Below, one piece after another: positions 1 to 13,999 of a DNA stretch of 64,000 bases. The stretch lies in contig NW_020846492.1 of NCBI RefSeq assembly GCF_003704095.1, positions 372,001 through 436,000 on the forward strand. The letters are read 5' to 3'. Origin of the DNA: Pocillopora damicornis. Lineage: Eukaryota. The position numbers and the translations under genes were made by a program. Positions within the stretch are counted from its first letter, which is position 1. Every line of letters begins with the position of its first letter. The notes beneath the pieces were generated by a model. That model was not told the origin of the DNA. It searched no databases and saw nothing but the letters and a program-made list of their open reading frames with translations.

Positions 1-3
1 TAC

Positions 4-3000
4 CTTAATGCCTCTTTTTCACTGTCCGTCGTACAAATGCCATTTTGTGTTGCCATTCTTAACGCCCCTGTCTTTTCATCGTCTGTTCTGTTTTCATTCA
101 TTGTGTTTTTCTCACTACTGCTGTCTGCAATGGTGCTCGAGTATAATTCTTCTTGTTGTGTTAATTCTGAGGCGTTGCCACCGTTTACAGTGGGCTGTAG
201 ATTGCTTGGTGACGAGTCGCTGATTATCAAGTTCTCCTGTTTGTCCTTTAAAGAGAAATAATAATGTGAGGCTCAAGAATTTTTAAACAGTTGGAATATG
301 AACTCGAAATTTTTATTGCTTAACAACAAGATAAGCGCATAAGCAACCCACTTTACTCAGAGTCTATCATGGAATAAATAGCAAATAGCATAGCCAATCA
401 GATTGCAGCATTTGCGATAGGACGCCATTAGATTTACACCGACTTGATGCGGTCTTAAATTTGATTTCTTAACCCTTTAACTCCCAATATCTGATTGTTA
501 ATTCTCACCTCTAGCTGCTACACATTTCCTTGTAAATTGGTTACGAGAATTTGGTGTTTAATCAAGATAATATCTTGTACCTGATAAGTTTGAGTATTCC
601 CACTACCTGTTTACTGGATAATGTATGGATATTATAGGGAGAATTTACATGTTAATCACTTCTGGGAGTTAAAGGGTTAAACGCGCTGTAGTTTTGCGAG
701 AACTGTGGCCAATTCAGTCCTCAAGAAAAAGCATGCAACTTCTATGGATCATTCTTATTGGCTATGTAAGAACTTAGTAAAGATGTTTCTGATTGGCCGC
801 GAAGACACCTTGTGTTGATGACTCTGGCTGACTGCGAACGTAAGGAGGTACTCATGAACTTCGTTGCCGGAAGCCCGAAGAGTTCGCTTTTTATCGCATC
901 TTTCCCCACAAATCAAGAAGTCAACCCTTGATCACTGACTTCTTTTAGTTTTATTACTATTGAAATCACCGAGTTCTGGTAATAAATATCGCAAAAACTT
1001 ACACCGATCGCTCTCGCTCTTGACTTCTATTAAATTTGATACCTGACTGACTCTCGAGAACGAAATCTGTCAATGCAGATTAACTCTCTTATCACAAATA
1101 GATTCTCAGCAATTGCTATGCCAATATCAGCTTTGTTGACATTTATCAAAATAGCCGCATCCAGCAATCGTGGTGTGTGTTCATTGTTCTCACGCAAGAA
1201 AAAGAGTATACCAATCAGTTTTATTTTTTCAGTTTCATACGGAAAGAAAAATTTAAGCGGGTTCAAAGTGGCTTAAAACGACTCATGACAAAATCCTTAT
1301 CGAATACATATATCGACCGTGTGCGAAGGATATTAGATAAAATGTAAAAATACAGAAGAGCACTTAATTGTACATGTCTTGTTTTTACGTAGAACGCAAT
1401 AATAGTATTGAGGAACTCGATATAAACATCCTTTATTATATTTAGCGCTTAACCCTTCGTGAATCGTTCTGACAGAGGGCTAACGCTCGAAACGACTGAT
1501 TTAGAAACTCTAAACGGTGTTCTTATTATATCATTAAGTCAGTTGATAACACCAAACTTCCCTTTAAGAACCCCCAGCGACGCAGCACCACAGTTTCTCT
1601 AGAAACTTACCCCCCTTAATTCATTTATCATAATTAGCCTTTCTGGAACTCTGAACGGCAATGGGATGATTGCGAAATTCGTATCAAACTTGCAATATAT
1701 GAGACGCAAGCTCACGCGTGTACGGACGTCAACGATGGTTTACATCAACCCGCAAGCAGCGATATTGCCTATTTGTTAAACCTCCTACAAGCTGAAAGTC
1801 TTTCCAAATATCCTTTACATTGCCGAATTCTGTGGGAACTCTGATAAATTGCAGCAAAAAGTGACATGGCGAAAGAGTGAAATTCTTCGCGCGTCAAAAC
1901 AAAAAAGAAATAAACTGGCTACTTGCATTGGTTTCAACTATTTTACTCTACCCACAGTAAAGTTTACTTACCTTGTCAACATGTGAAAGACCTTTCTTTT
2001 CCACTGTTTTATCACCTTCCTCTTCCCTCTCTTCGTTTCTCGCCTCAAGGTCGGTTTTATTCTTGCTATCTTCGTTTTCGTTGTTATTGGAGTAAACAGA
2101 TTGCAATCTCTCCGCATCTACGTTACTTTCGAAACCGTTGATGGCTGGAGACGTCGATTCAAGAGATGCTTTGGAGGAATCAGGGCTACAAGGCTGGTGG
2201 TTTTCGTTCAACTCGATCACAGTTCTCCCAGACTGATCCTGATGGATATTCGTGGGTGACGTAGGTATTGAGGGTTCTTCTGATATTGTGGCACCAAAAT
2301 CTGTTGACATAACAAAAAAAACAAAAAGTTGCTCACAGACTATTTAAGGGAGGGAAAATTGTAATGCAACATTGTCACGCAGATACAGGCTACGGAGAAA
2401 AAAATCATGCCTCTCTCATGAGTAATTCTCCTTACTGTCTGCCGTACAATTCTTATGACGTTACTTTAGAGAATTTGATATTGGATCAACTACACTGATC
2501 TAATCCGCTAATTTCTATTTCGCTTTGTTCTCATCACTTTTCTACTTGAATTTGTCTCTATCTTGAGCGGAAAAAATTCCGTCTTGGTCACACATGGGAG
2601 TTTAAGTGTTAAAGAGTAACACGGAAAAAACACAAAAGAAACCTAGAAATACCAAAATAAGGACATTTATCGGTTAGACCTAGAGATGATTTAAATGAAT
2701 TGTAGCAGCCAACAATTTTAATACACAAGGGCTCAGTTGTTTTAAGGATGGACAACGCTATCTAACGAATATATCGCTATCCAGCAGATAAGAGTTAACA
2801 AAACGTACTGCACTATCCTCCGAACAGAGATTTAGCGAGTGGATAGCATTTTCCCCCTTTGAAAAACCGAAAACATATGTTAAAACTTCAGATTCGGCTT
2901 CCCTAGCAAGTTTAACCTGCAGAACAGTCGGATTAGCGGAGCCGAAGCGATACACCGATTCACTAGCGCGCGCGAGGCAAATACAAAGTTGGAAGGGCCC

Positions 3001-6000
3001 TTGACATTGTTCCTCATGCGAACGTGAGCGTGTCAAAAAACCACAACAAGCCCCTCCGTTTTTAAAAAAACCACAAAAGGATAAATCTTACTAATTTTAA
3101 CGATAAGTATACGACAAAGACGAACACATTCTATTTAATCAAATTCGTGCCCAAACGCCAAGCTTGGATGAACCACGACAAAAAAAAAAGTATTCAAGAG
3201 AACAAATCAATAACAACAAAACCGAACTCGATCCAGATTAATTTGCATAAATTCTCTGCCATCGTTACAAATTACCTCGAGTCAAATCGAGCGCCTTTTA
3301 TACATTGCAACATTCGCTTGTAAAATACCCCGTCAAAATATTTATATTAACGCATTCGGTTTACATTGCTCATCATAACTTAAATATATAAACACCTGAA
3401 AGTAGTTGACAGATTTCTACCGGACAATAAATTGGTAAGATCGATTCGCTATTCGCAGTGTAAACAAGCAATTTTTTCAATTGAATGGATTTTACACTGA
3501 CTCAAAGTTTCAAATTTATTCTTGCACCTGAATTGACACAATCAAATAAACTATTCTGGAGTAAAGTGATAATCCTAATATTTTGAAACTCCCTTTGAGA
3601 GAACACAGGTCAACAAAATGAATATTTGAAGAAAATTTAAAGTGATTTTAGCAACCGAACTAACTTTAAATAATTATGGGAAATAACGAGAAACAGATAT
3701 ACTACCGAGAAAGAATTCTGAAAATTAAAAAACTTCCATTTTCCTGACAATTATCGGAAATTCGGAAATTTCCAGAAGTTTACAAACAAAGATAGGTGGA
3801 TTACAACGGCGTGAAGTGTACTCTATTTAATGGTGACTGAACATGTCACAAAAGTAGGTTAATGGATTATTCTAGCAATTTGGGGGAAATTTTGGAAATA
3901 AATTTACTAGAAAGCGAGTGTCATATTTCGGTTTTCAATACTCATGTTAACAGATTCCGTTTCGATTTGAAATTGTGTAGAAAATTATGAAAAATGGAAA
4001 ACGACATTTCTGTTTTGCAAAGACGAGGTTCTAATTACTCAAAGTACATATATAAAACCGCAAATATGCGTTACAAAATACAGACGTGCTTGTTCTTAGG
4101 GTAAACCTTTGCTTTTCGCTTTCACGAACGCGCAGTGCTAAAATTAATATTTTTAAGACTTTCGAAGTTACAATCAGGAAGAGTACTTCTATGGCTGTGG
4201 AAAGTTATGCTTTTAAATACAGCTAATTAACGAATAGAACTTCGTCAAAATGGCTACCCGTATGTGTTTACTAAATCGATCGACTCTTTCAAGATTTTAA
4301 AATCGCATAACCAAATGATTTTTTTAACATTTTGACGACTACAGAGATTTTTAAATTGGGAAACTTATAATTAGAGGGATTAAGAAAAATAGTTTTTACT
4401 TGACAGTCACGCAAATGAACTACAAAAGAGGTCTTACCTTTCAGGTCGCCATCTTCTCTCCACAGAGTTAGTATTTCTTCATCTTCTCTGCCTCCAACAG
4501 GTACTCTATGATTCTTGTAGGCCCCACGGAAAATATCTTTACCAGTTGGTTGACGTTTGAGCAGAAAACTTCGGTCAAACGGCTTAAAGCTCTCTCGCTT
4601 CGATTTGTCTTTGAGTTTTTGCAGCGCCTGCAGGAAAATGCAAATTAGTGTGCGCTCAGAGAGATGCTAATGTGGTATGTTGTCAGGTACGCTTCGGCAC
4701 TCAAGCGTTGCTCACTACATGGAGAGAGAATGTAAACAATACTCAACTTCAAACAAACCGAAAAAAACAAAACTTCCGATTAAAAAGAGCATGTTCTAGT
4801 ATTTTCAAGAGTTCACAACAACTCCATTTCAGCTCGTAAGTATAATGGATTCATGCAAATTATTAGAAACTTGCTGTTTCTTAATAACTTACAAGGTATT
4901 AACAGATTAGCCATCACTCTGACCTGTCATCGAAAATTCATTAAATCTGTCCCAAGACGGCCCACCGAAAAAAAAAAAAAAAAAAAAAAAAAAAAGACAA
5001 CGTGGGAGACTCTTTAGTTGTTATTTTTGCTAATTTTGAATCCTAAACAGCGATCGTTAAGATTGTCATAACTCATACTGTGCAGAAACGATTCTCATCC
5101 ATTGGCTTTGGCTGAATGCGTGCCAGCTTAGCTTTTTCACTACCGATATCTGATTATTATTTCTCCCTTCATGTTGTTGAACAGTTATTTGTAGTTTAGT
5201 TATGATAATTTAGTGCTGTATTAAGATAACACCCTACAGCAGATACGTTTAGATTTTCTCACCACCTGTTTTGGGATGACGTATCGAAATTAAGAGAAGT
5301 TACAAGTTTTTCACAACCGCGGGTTGAAAGCTAGACGAATCAAAAACGATTACATGCAGTCTTTCATACACTTCAAGTTCACTATCAATCCCAAACTCGC
5401 TAACTAAAACAAGTTTATCAATTTGTTGCAGTTGGCAGGTAGAATATGTCAAGGCATGTACGGAGATGGGTGGACAAACTGTCGGATCAAAACAACAAGA
5501 GTGACTTGGAGAAAAAGAAAATAAAAATTGTGCGTGAATTATGTGAAAAAACAAAACAAAACAAAACAAAATAAACATGTTTTTAAACAATAGAGTTTAG
5601 TTTTTGGGTGCATATCAAATTAATTTTCTCCTCCCAACCGATACGGTAAGTTGTTTGTTCCCAAGTTTTCCTCCTCAAAACATTCTTGGATTTTGCAAAA
5701 CGTAGAATTTTTCCTACCTCTTTAGCGTTTGTCCATCTAAGTCGGCAAACTACATACGTTAAGTTTCTTTTTTAAAACGAAACAGCCTACGCCGACAGCG
5801 GAATATCTCTATAACTTTCTGTGGGTAGAGAAACTCATTTAAAAGGTGCAAGAATATCTCCAATGGTGTCCTCTCACCAAGATGTCTACAAACTAAAAGT
5901 TTATAAACTACTAATATTCTGTCTCCTATCAAATAAAACAATCGCCCGTCTTTTCAAAGCATGGGGATGTTCAGTGCACGCGCAGCGTCATTGTAATGTC

Positions 6001-9000
6001 CATTAAACCTGTTGTTTAGAAAGATGATCTTTGTCGTCGACATTCGGCATTGCAACCAACGTGCAGTGACCAAGTTCGCACTGTATAGAGTCGCAATACA
6101 CGACAGTAAATACCTTTCAACAATTCTTTTTCAGTTAGAGTTTGCAATCACTTGACAGACTATCGCGTGATTACCGTGGGATCAACTATAAACTGCACAT
6201 GGCGATGACCCACCGGTAGTGTGACGGATGCGGAGAATTATGAATGGCGGGAAATTAACGCTGAATGCGACAACCATGGGACACTAACAAGTCCCTAGCC
6301 CCATTTTCAACACTTCTAATTGGAAACACTCTCTACGACAACAAGAGATAATCTAGGGTATCAAGACTAACTATAAACAAACAATACCGAAAAACGAAAT
6401 CTGCAAATCAAAGAAGACTGAGGGAAGTTTAAAACCTGAACGTCCAAGACTACTCAGTGATCGATAAGAAAAAGAAACAACTGAAATAAAGTCTGACCCG
6501 TCTCAGCTCATTTTCCTCCTTTTCCAAAACGTAAACTCGTCTTTCAACTTGATCCAGTTCGTCTTGTATCTTCTGGGCCATCACCTCTTCTTCTAAGTCA
6601 CCGGCTATTTCGTGGCACAGTTTTTCCTGAAGCAGAAACGATATGGCGTTAAATGAAAACGAAATAAAAGATGTAGCAAGGAAACCTAACATAATTGACA
6701 AAAACTGTCCTTACACATGACGCTTTTCACAATGCTAACACCAGAACTTTGCAGGACGCTTGCCACGTATGAACTTGTAATGCTCTCTGAAGCTAAGCCT
6801 GCAGGCAGCCTCTTATTAGCTGCAAAACTAGGGGCAAGGCCTGCGCGTTTCGAGTCGACGAGTGATGAAAGCAACGTCCGCGAGGGTTCTGGCACAAAAG
6901 ATTCTTAGCCAAATTCTCAGCGCTAAAAAATTATGAGAAATATAAGAGGAACTGTGTAGCAAAATGATATTTCGATCTTGGGAAAGAGAGCAATATGTAC
7001 GTTCATACCTTTACTGAAAGGAGCTTCCTTTTTTCAGTTTGGACTTCGGCCAGTCTGCGACAAGGAAAAGCAAAGGTGACGGTTAGTTGACCACAGCTAA
7101 TTGTTTCCTGCTTAAAATATCTATCTTAAGTTTCCTGCGTAAAAACCTCAATCTCTAAGTGGCTTGGTGAGAGCTGTAGAAGCTCTGCACAACAATATCA
7201 TACATCGCTAATAAACACAAGTAGCTCTGCGGAAAGCTCTTGTATTTCATTTAAGCTGCTATTGCCCTTTCAAATTGATCTTCAGAAAAAATCGACAATG
7301 GCTTATCTAAAGAACCAGTTGGTGCTCCACGAATTGCAACGTAAATACGTTGATTTTGCAAGAGAAAATATGCCTCTAAGAAAAAACATGTCCGTGCAAA
7401 GGGGTATTACCAAATGCGTCAAATAGCCACTTAGTTTTCCGGGTTGCTTTTAACTAAGATTTCAAACCATAAAAATGCCAACTAACCGTAGTCTCTTGCT
7501 GTCATAACACTCCTCTGTCAGCTGCGCAAAAGAAAAATAATAAAAAGTCAATCAACAATTGATGGGTTTAAAGCCAGTTATAAGTTTTTCCACTTTAACC
7601 AGAAAAATCGACAATGAAAGAGTACTACACCATTTATTTACCTGTTCCGATAGAATTGATCTTACATTTACATTCCCCTCAATTGAGTTACCTACAGAAA
7701 TAGATGAACAGTTACAGTGGTTATTTTCCAATACAAAACCTACTTTTCATTAATTTCTATCACGAAGTAAAAGGTTTGAACTTAGGAACAACTGTTAATA
7801 ACCCTTTAACTCCTGTAAGTGTTTAACATGTAACCTCTCCCTATAATATCCATACATTACTCAGCAAACAGGTAATGAGAATCATCAAACATATCAGGCA
7901 CAAGTTGTTACCTTGATATACCACAAAATTCTCTTAACTAATTTACAGGAAAGTTGTAGCAGCTAGAAGGGAGAATCAACAATCAGATCTTGGGAGCTAA
8001 AGAGTTAATCATGCTATCTGATGGATCAATGTGAGTATCAGACCAACTGTGCACCTACCCCTCCCCTAACATTAACCCTAAATTGTTATAAGTCAACTGC
8101 TGTTGAGTGAGGGGAGGGGTAGGTACACAGTTACCCAGATAGGATAAATGACAACTATACTATTTCCTTATCAGTGTATACATGTTTTGTTCATGATAGT
8201 AAATGGAAATTGTTTGTACCTTGCTTGCAGAATCGTGTTATATGCACCGCTATCAGAAATTCTTCAAGAGAGAGTTTTCCATCTCTATCAATGTCAGACA
8301 AATCCCTGTGAAATTAATAAATTTATTAGTGACAATTATCATTAGTAGATACTCAATTTAGATGTCAAAATTATTGAATTAATTCAGGCCTGCAATTGGT
8401 CTTATTGTCAAAGTGTGATTTTCTGGTCTGGTAGAGTAGAATGGATTTCATTACAAAGACTATGAATCTTAACCCTTTAACTCCCATGATTTCATTAGTA
8501 ATTCTCCTTACTGTCTGCCAAACGTTTCTGATCATGTAAATTTGGAGAATTTGGTTTTGTATCAATTAGTAATCCCCTAATTGATATTTTTCTTTATTTG
8601 CATCACCTGTCTGCATGATATTGTATAGATATAGTATGGAGAAATTCTGTCTTGATCATTCACAGGAGTTAAAGGGTTAAATTGGCTTGATTTATGCAAT
8701 AACCTTTTACAAACAAACATCACTATCAAGTATATTCTCTGTACTCCTCTCTATTGTAATTTTGTACTGACTAGGAGAATATGTCTAGTAATCAAAAATT
8801 CCTACGTTGGCGATCATTTCCCTATTCTCACAATCTTTATGAACAATTCAGCAGTTTTTCTGTAAGGAGAAATTAGATGCTGGTCACTCTTAGCCTTCAA
8901 GGGGTTAAAGGCAGTCACTAACAATTTTTTAGCCAAAATTGATCAACAATTCTCTTCCCTTCATCTAAAATATGTTTCATGAAAACATTTCCAAAATTTG

Positions 9001-12000
9001 TAACTAACAAGAAGTTATTAGTCTAATAAACTGACCAAATTCTTGCTAAAATGTCCTCAAGAAGGCCTGATCCAATAAGAACAGAACAAGCAGTTTCAGC
9101 TGCAATTTAAGAAAATATTATTAACTCCCAGTGGTAGATCAGATAAATTATTACATCAGAAACCAGAAAGTTGGAGAAAGTTTATTCTTCAAAAAAGCAA
9201 GAACTTTGACATGTTCATCAAATTTAAGGGATTCCAGAGATAAAATTTCTCACTATAATTCATTCTCACTATTGTAACCATAACATAACCATCAGTAAAA
9301 TTAGGATTCATTCCTAAATCCAAAGAGTAACAATATAACTGTTGATTATTAAGCTATTGCCGCTGTAAAATAATAACTTTTGCTTGCAGGAAGAACATGC
9401 AGTATCGAACTCTGAATGTGCACAAATCTGTCAACCAGTTTGAAAAGGTCACTAAGCCAAAGCCTTGTGACAAATTGAAGATCCTCCAAAATACCCCTAT
9501 ATACCCAGATGGTATATCTTGGCCTTTGAAAATGGGAAATTAAATTTTTGCCCTGAGCCATGAGTACTCCTCAAGGAGAGGATGGCGAAGAGTGAAATAT
9601 GACAAATAATTAAGCCAAAAATCAACATGCAACACTTCAATTTTACAGAAAGGGGAGGTAAGGTGAGATGTGAAGTTTTTCATTCAAATCGGTAACATTT
9701 GAAATACTGTTTGAGGTTCCTATGACACCTTAATTTTTCAAAAATTTGTCTGTGAAATGGGATCAGTACCCCCTTTACTACACTCTAAGCATAATACTAA
9801 ATCAGTAAGAAAGAAAATGACAGAGATGGATTTGCTATCACAAGTCTCTTGCATCTCAGTGGTAATACATCAAAAGTACTCATGGGATGGGCATAAGTTC
9901 TTATTCCAATTGGGATCTCTCTGATTTTGTTTTACTGAGTACAATAGGAAACTGAGAATTGTATGAAATTCTTACATTCAAGCATCATCATTATGGGACA
10001 AGGAAAAAGTGTGAGTTGATCCTCACTGATGATTCTAATTTCGAGGCTTAACTGAGGGTGAGTGACAAGACAGAAAAATCAACCAGAAATTACAAAATTA
10101 GTTATTGTCTTAACATGTCTTACCATCAATATAACTTGTCTTATGGCCATTTTTCCACCTGAAAGCTCTTTCATAAGCTGCTTTTTCCTCCTCTGATATA
10201 AAAGGAATGCTTATATGAGGTAGATGCTTTGGACTTAGGGTCTCCGGCAGCTTGAGGGGAATATCTGTGCCTTTTAAACGACTCTGAATAAGATGCATTG
10301 CCACAGCAAACTCAGCAATGTCTAACTTGTTGTTCCGCGAAACATCTGCAAGTTTCCTAGAATAAATAAACAATTCAGATCAATGTCAGTATCTGAGCAA
10401 CTGCCCACCTACCACTCCCCTAACTCAACATTAACCCTAACTTGTTATCAGTTGACTGTCGTTGAGTTAGGGGAGTGGTACGCAGTTGTTCAGATACTGG
10501 CATCCATCTGACAATTCAGCTATCTATCACAACAACTCAAAACTTTCCACAGATATGTGTTGTTGCTCAAAATGAACTTCTTCATTTCACGTCAATAATA
10601 AAACTTCTGCAACAACCTTCACCTGGAATGAATAACACAATTTGTTCACTGTTTTTTCATCTCAACTATGAGGACTATCCAGAAGTTTCAATAAAATTTT
10701 GTATATGAAGCTGCTGATAGTGTAACAGGGAGGGAGGGGGAGTGTGCAGAAAAAACTCAAATGCAAGAGCCTGTTCCCATGCTAAACAGATGGCAGGATG
10801 CCACTGTTAACCATTTAACCCCTAAGAATGACTAGCATCTAAATTCTCCTTACAATATCACCCCCCAAGTCACACATAAAGGTTACAAGAAAAAAAGGAA
10901 ATAATCACCAACAATAGAAGCTTATGATTGTTAAACAAATTCTCCCTGTCAGCACCTTAGGAAATGTATTGAGAACAGTATGGAGAATATGTCTGCTGAT
11001 GTTAGGATGCAAAGAGTTGACGAGTTTTTTTAATTAAAACTCCTGACTATTCCTTTTTCACAGCTTTCTCTCAGTGGAGGGGAAAAAAGTGAAAGACCCA
11101 ATATAAACCAAGTTGAAAAAAAAAATAGAAAATAAACCATGTATGAAAATATTTTGATAAACATTTATTTAGGGTATCACAGAGAAAATAAACCATGCAT
11201 GAAAATATTTTGATAAACATTTATTTGGGGTATCACATTAGAGCCAGAGTATGACATTTTAAAAACTTACAAAACGATATAAGATTAGTGGATCCACAGA
11301 ACAAAAGGTATACAAAAATAGGACACTGAACAAGGGGCATTGTGTGTTTTGGTTTCATATCTAATTCAGAGTGTGTTTTTGGCTTTTTCTATTTAAATAT
11401 TTGGTTTTCAATTTTGATTTTTGAGTACCATCATTTCAACTAAGTTTACCAGTAGTTCATCACTCTCAGTGATGTTTTAAGCAATGTTTATGTTTACTTC
11501 ATGATGTATTTCAGGTCTTTGGTGCGCATCAATACCCCTTCCACTATGCCTAATCACATCTACCAAGAATGATCTGAGAAAAGTATGGAGCAGCATAGCA
11601 TTCCTAGAAAGTAGTTAAGTAAATATTGAGGGGTAGTAGTGAAAGAGAGGTGGCCAGCAATGAAGGTGTTCCTGTGGTTGAAGAAGGTGTAAACAAAACT
11701 CTAACATATCTGAGGTCTACACATTTGATTTACATTCTGTTTAAAAAAAGTCCTGACTGTTTGTGTTATTGCCTTATACAATGCCAAACCATAAAGGTTA
11801 CACTAATCATCATAAACGTCTAACAATGCAAGCTGCGTCTGAATAGATGTCACTGTAGATTTTCCTCCATATCAGCGGTAGGCAAACCTCTTAAGAAAAT
11901 CTTGTCTGACCAAATCTAAATATTTTCCCACGATTTTTATGCTTCAGTGTCGTGTGAAATGGTGCATATAAAAACAGTGCTTAACCCGTTTATAATGCAA

Positions 12001-12707
12001 ACCTATCTCCACTTATTTTTGCAATTTTGTTTCGTTTAGATAAAAACAGTTAAAACAGCTTGCGTCACCAGATTTTCCAACACATTCACCATTACAATGC
12101 CAGGCGATGCGTGTTGAATCTGGCTGTTACAGACAAAAACACAATAGAGTTGTAGCCGTGAAAGAAATAACAAAACCACGATTGTATTCAACACAAACCG
12201 TTGACGGTATTCTGTCGATTCCTAAAAATAAACACAGAAACTTCTGCTGCGCCAATTGCACCGATATCGCTGCTTGCTGTTACCAGGAAACACACAACAA
12301 CGCTTAGAGTCCATCCTATATTGAAAGGGGATCCAACAACCGCAGTGGTTAATAAACACATTTGGTGACCCGGAGGAAAATTTAGCGCGAAGGAACGCGA
12401 TAAATGAATTCCTTCGAAGCATACATCGATTATACTAAACAAAACAAAATTATACATATCCAAGTTTTCCTTACCATATTTTGCTCAGCTCTGGTAGAGG
12501 CAGTTTAGATCTTATAAATAAAGATCTGGCTTGCTCTCCTGCAATAACAAATATATTTGTACAATTGAGTGAAAAAGCGTACAACCACCTTAGCTCAAGG
12601 TATTCCTTGCGCTCACCTGATAGGTATCTATCTTGAGGTTTTTGGCTGTAAAACAAAGCATCATGGCGAGTTCTTTCCTCCTCTGATATCGTCCACTTTA
12701 AGTCCAT
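4..12707 (-). CDS. Tandem EH-domain (intersectin/Eps15-like) protein; 14 coding exons in window, continues past left edge
   Basis: Exons, all GT-AG and phase-compatible (1637 nt, 545+ codons): 12617-12707, 12475-12538, 10124-10356, 9036-9099, 8220-8305, 7642-7691, 7487-7521, 7009-7054, 6498-6626, 5718-5749, 5354-5399, 4438-4627, 1972-2300, 4-245. EH1 reads WTISEEERTRHDALF..LSGEQARSLFIRSKLPLPELSKIWKLADVSRNNKLDIAEFAVAMHLI. EH2 reads ..YIDAETACSVLIGSGLLEDILARIWDLSDIDRDGKLSLEEFLIAVHI. A coiled coil (EKLCHEIAGDLEEEVMAQKIQDELDQVERR) and a low-complexity tail follow. The small central exons are less certain than the EH exons. Confidence 0.85.
469..680. mobile_element. ~210-bp MITE with TTAA ends (piggyBac-type), family A
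   Basis: TTAA-CCCTTTAACTCCC ... GGGAGTTAAAGGG-TTAA terminal inverted repeats. Confidence 0.85.
1465..1623 (+). mobile_element. Family B repeat with decayed hammerhead motif
   Basis: ctgacagagggctaacgctcgaaacgac ... cgacgcagcaccacagtttctctagaaacttaccccc. Confidence 0.7.
7798..8008. mobile_element. Family A MITE, opposite orientation to 469-680
   Basis: taaccctttaactcc ... gggagctaaagagttaa; internal sequence is the approximate reverse complement of 469-680. Confidence 0.8.
8023..8146. mobile_element. ~125-bp hairpin MITE, family D
   Basis: caactgtgcacctacccctcccct ... aggggaggggtaggtacacagtt inverted arms; second copy at 10378-10509. Confidence 0.7.
8469..8680. mobile_element. Family A MITE; a divergent relative follows at ~8700-8908
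   Basis: ttaaccctttaactccc ... ggagttaaagggttaa. Confidence 0.85.
10378..10509. mobile_element. ~130-bp hairpin MITE, family D
   Basis: cagtatctgagcaactgc..ccactcccctaactcaac / gttgagttaggggagtgg..gcagttgttcagatactg inverted arms. Confidence 0.75.
10807..11020. mobile_element. Family A MITE, divergent subfamily
   Basis: ttaaccatttaacccc ... ggatgcaaagagttga; shares internal ttctccttacaatatca and ggagaat motifs. Confidence 0.7.
11127..11237. repeat. 56-bp tandem duplication (2 copies)
   Basis: agaaaataaaccatgYatgaaaatattttgataaacatttatttRgggtatcaca twice. Confidence 0.9.
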
Positions 12708-13999
12708 CTCGGGCTGAAGAAGCGACCTGTAATTGAAAAGAATACCCTATTAACTTGTTCGGAGCTTTCATTCAAACGACCCCGAATCGCTACATTACTG
12801 ATCAGACTTCGAACGACAGAACGCGTTGTGACTACAAAAATTCCAAAACGTTTGGATCACCTTATGAAGACTACGCATTAGTTAAATTAACAAATGTGGA
12901 AAATATATTTGTTTAAGGCTTCCCATGTTGACGAGATATTCTTCGGCCCGCCATGATCACTCTAATTTTGATGTCATGCCAAGTTTTTCTGCAGATGATC
13001 GTCACGGTGAGAACGCTTGATTAGGTTCCATGGGCGCGCGTTCATAATCCTCTCTATGGAAACCGCTTCAAAAATTTTTAAAATTATTTTCCCAGCACTT
13101 AACTTATTTTCCTTCGGAATTTTTTTCCCTTTTGAGAACTTTTCCCATAATTATTCTGCCATGGTTCTGTTTGGTCTTTATTTATCGTAATTCAATGTCT
13201 TGTAAATTGAAATATAACACCTGCTGAAAGCCTGTGTTTTTCAGACTTTCATCGTACTGTCAAATTCTTTAAACATAGAGAAGCATTCAGGCTCCAATCT
13301 CTTCATTAGGCTTCATCCATAATTTTCGCCATCGATTTAAGAATTACTCCTAAATTTCTATATATAATCAGCCTTACATTATCTTTCCTCGTTTGCTTTT
13401 ATACATTACTAATTGCATTGTGTCCATTGTAGAATAAACTAAGAGCTGTGATCAGTCACTATGATCAATACCTACCAATGTAAGCTTAAAATCATCATTC
13501 TTTACACTGTTTAGGGTCCAACAATATTTCAGGTTAATGCAATGCTCTTGAAAATCAGACTAATAGGATCGCGGGAGGAGAGACTGGGGCTGAGTAATTA
13601 CAATTTTGTCTACTAATAATGGTGGTTTTCTAATATAAAAATAAAAATAAAAAATTATCAGATTTTGATAAAAATTATCTTGTTTCGGTGACAGTTTGAG
13701 TAATCAGTAAGCTTAACTCTTGAAAACTTCAAACTGATAATCCTTCCAAAGTCCGTTGGCTCCCAACATAAATACCAGCTTTCCTTTGCTAAANNNNNNN
13801 NNNNNNNNNNNNNNNNNNNNNNNNNNNNNNNNNNNNNNNNNNNNNNNNNNNNNNNNNNNNNNNNNNNNNNNNNNNNNNNNNNNNNNNNNNNNNNNNNNNN
13901 NNNNNNNNNNNNNNNNNNNNNNNNNNNNNNNNNNNNNNNNNNNNNNNNNNNNNNNNNNNNNNNNNNNNNNNNNNNNNNNNNNNNNNNNNNNNNNNNNNN
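12708..13999. promoter_or_regulatory. Divergent promoter interval between the EH gene and NOC4L
   Basis: Head-to-head genes about 1.2 kb apart; CpG retained here and depleted inside both gene bodies. Confidence 0.5.

Noticed and set aside
5759-5941. Extra exon of the EH gene (RHLGERTPLEIF...)
   Set aside because: It is not needed for phase continuity (6498 joins 5749 in frame) and has no convincing donor.
13756-13793. ORF-track start of NOC4L (MAPNINTSF)
   Set aside because: It starts at TTG and is joined across a gap; the real start is probably within the Ns.
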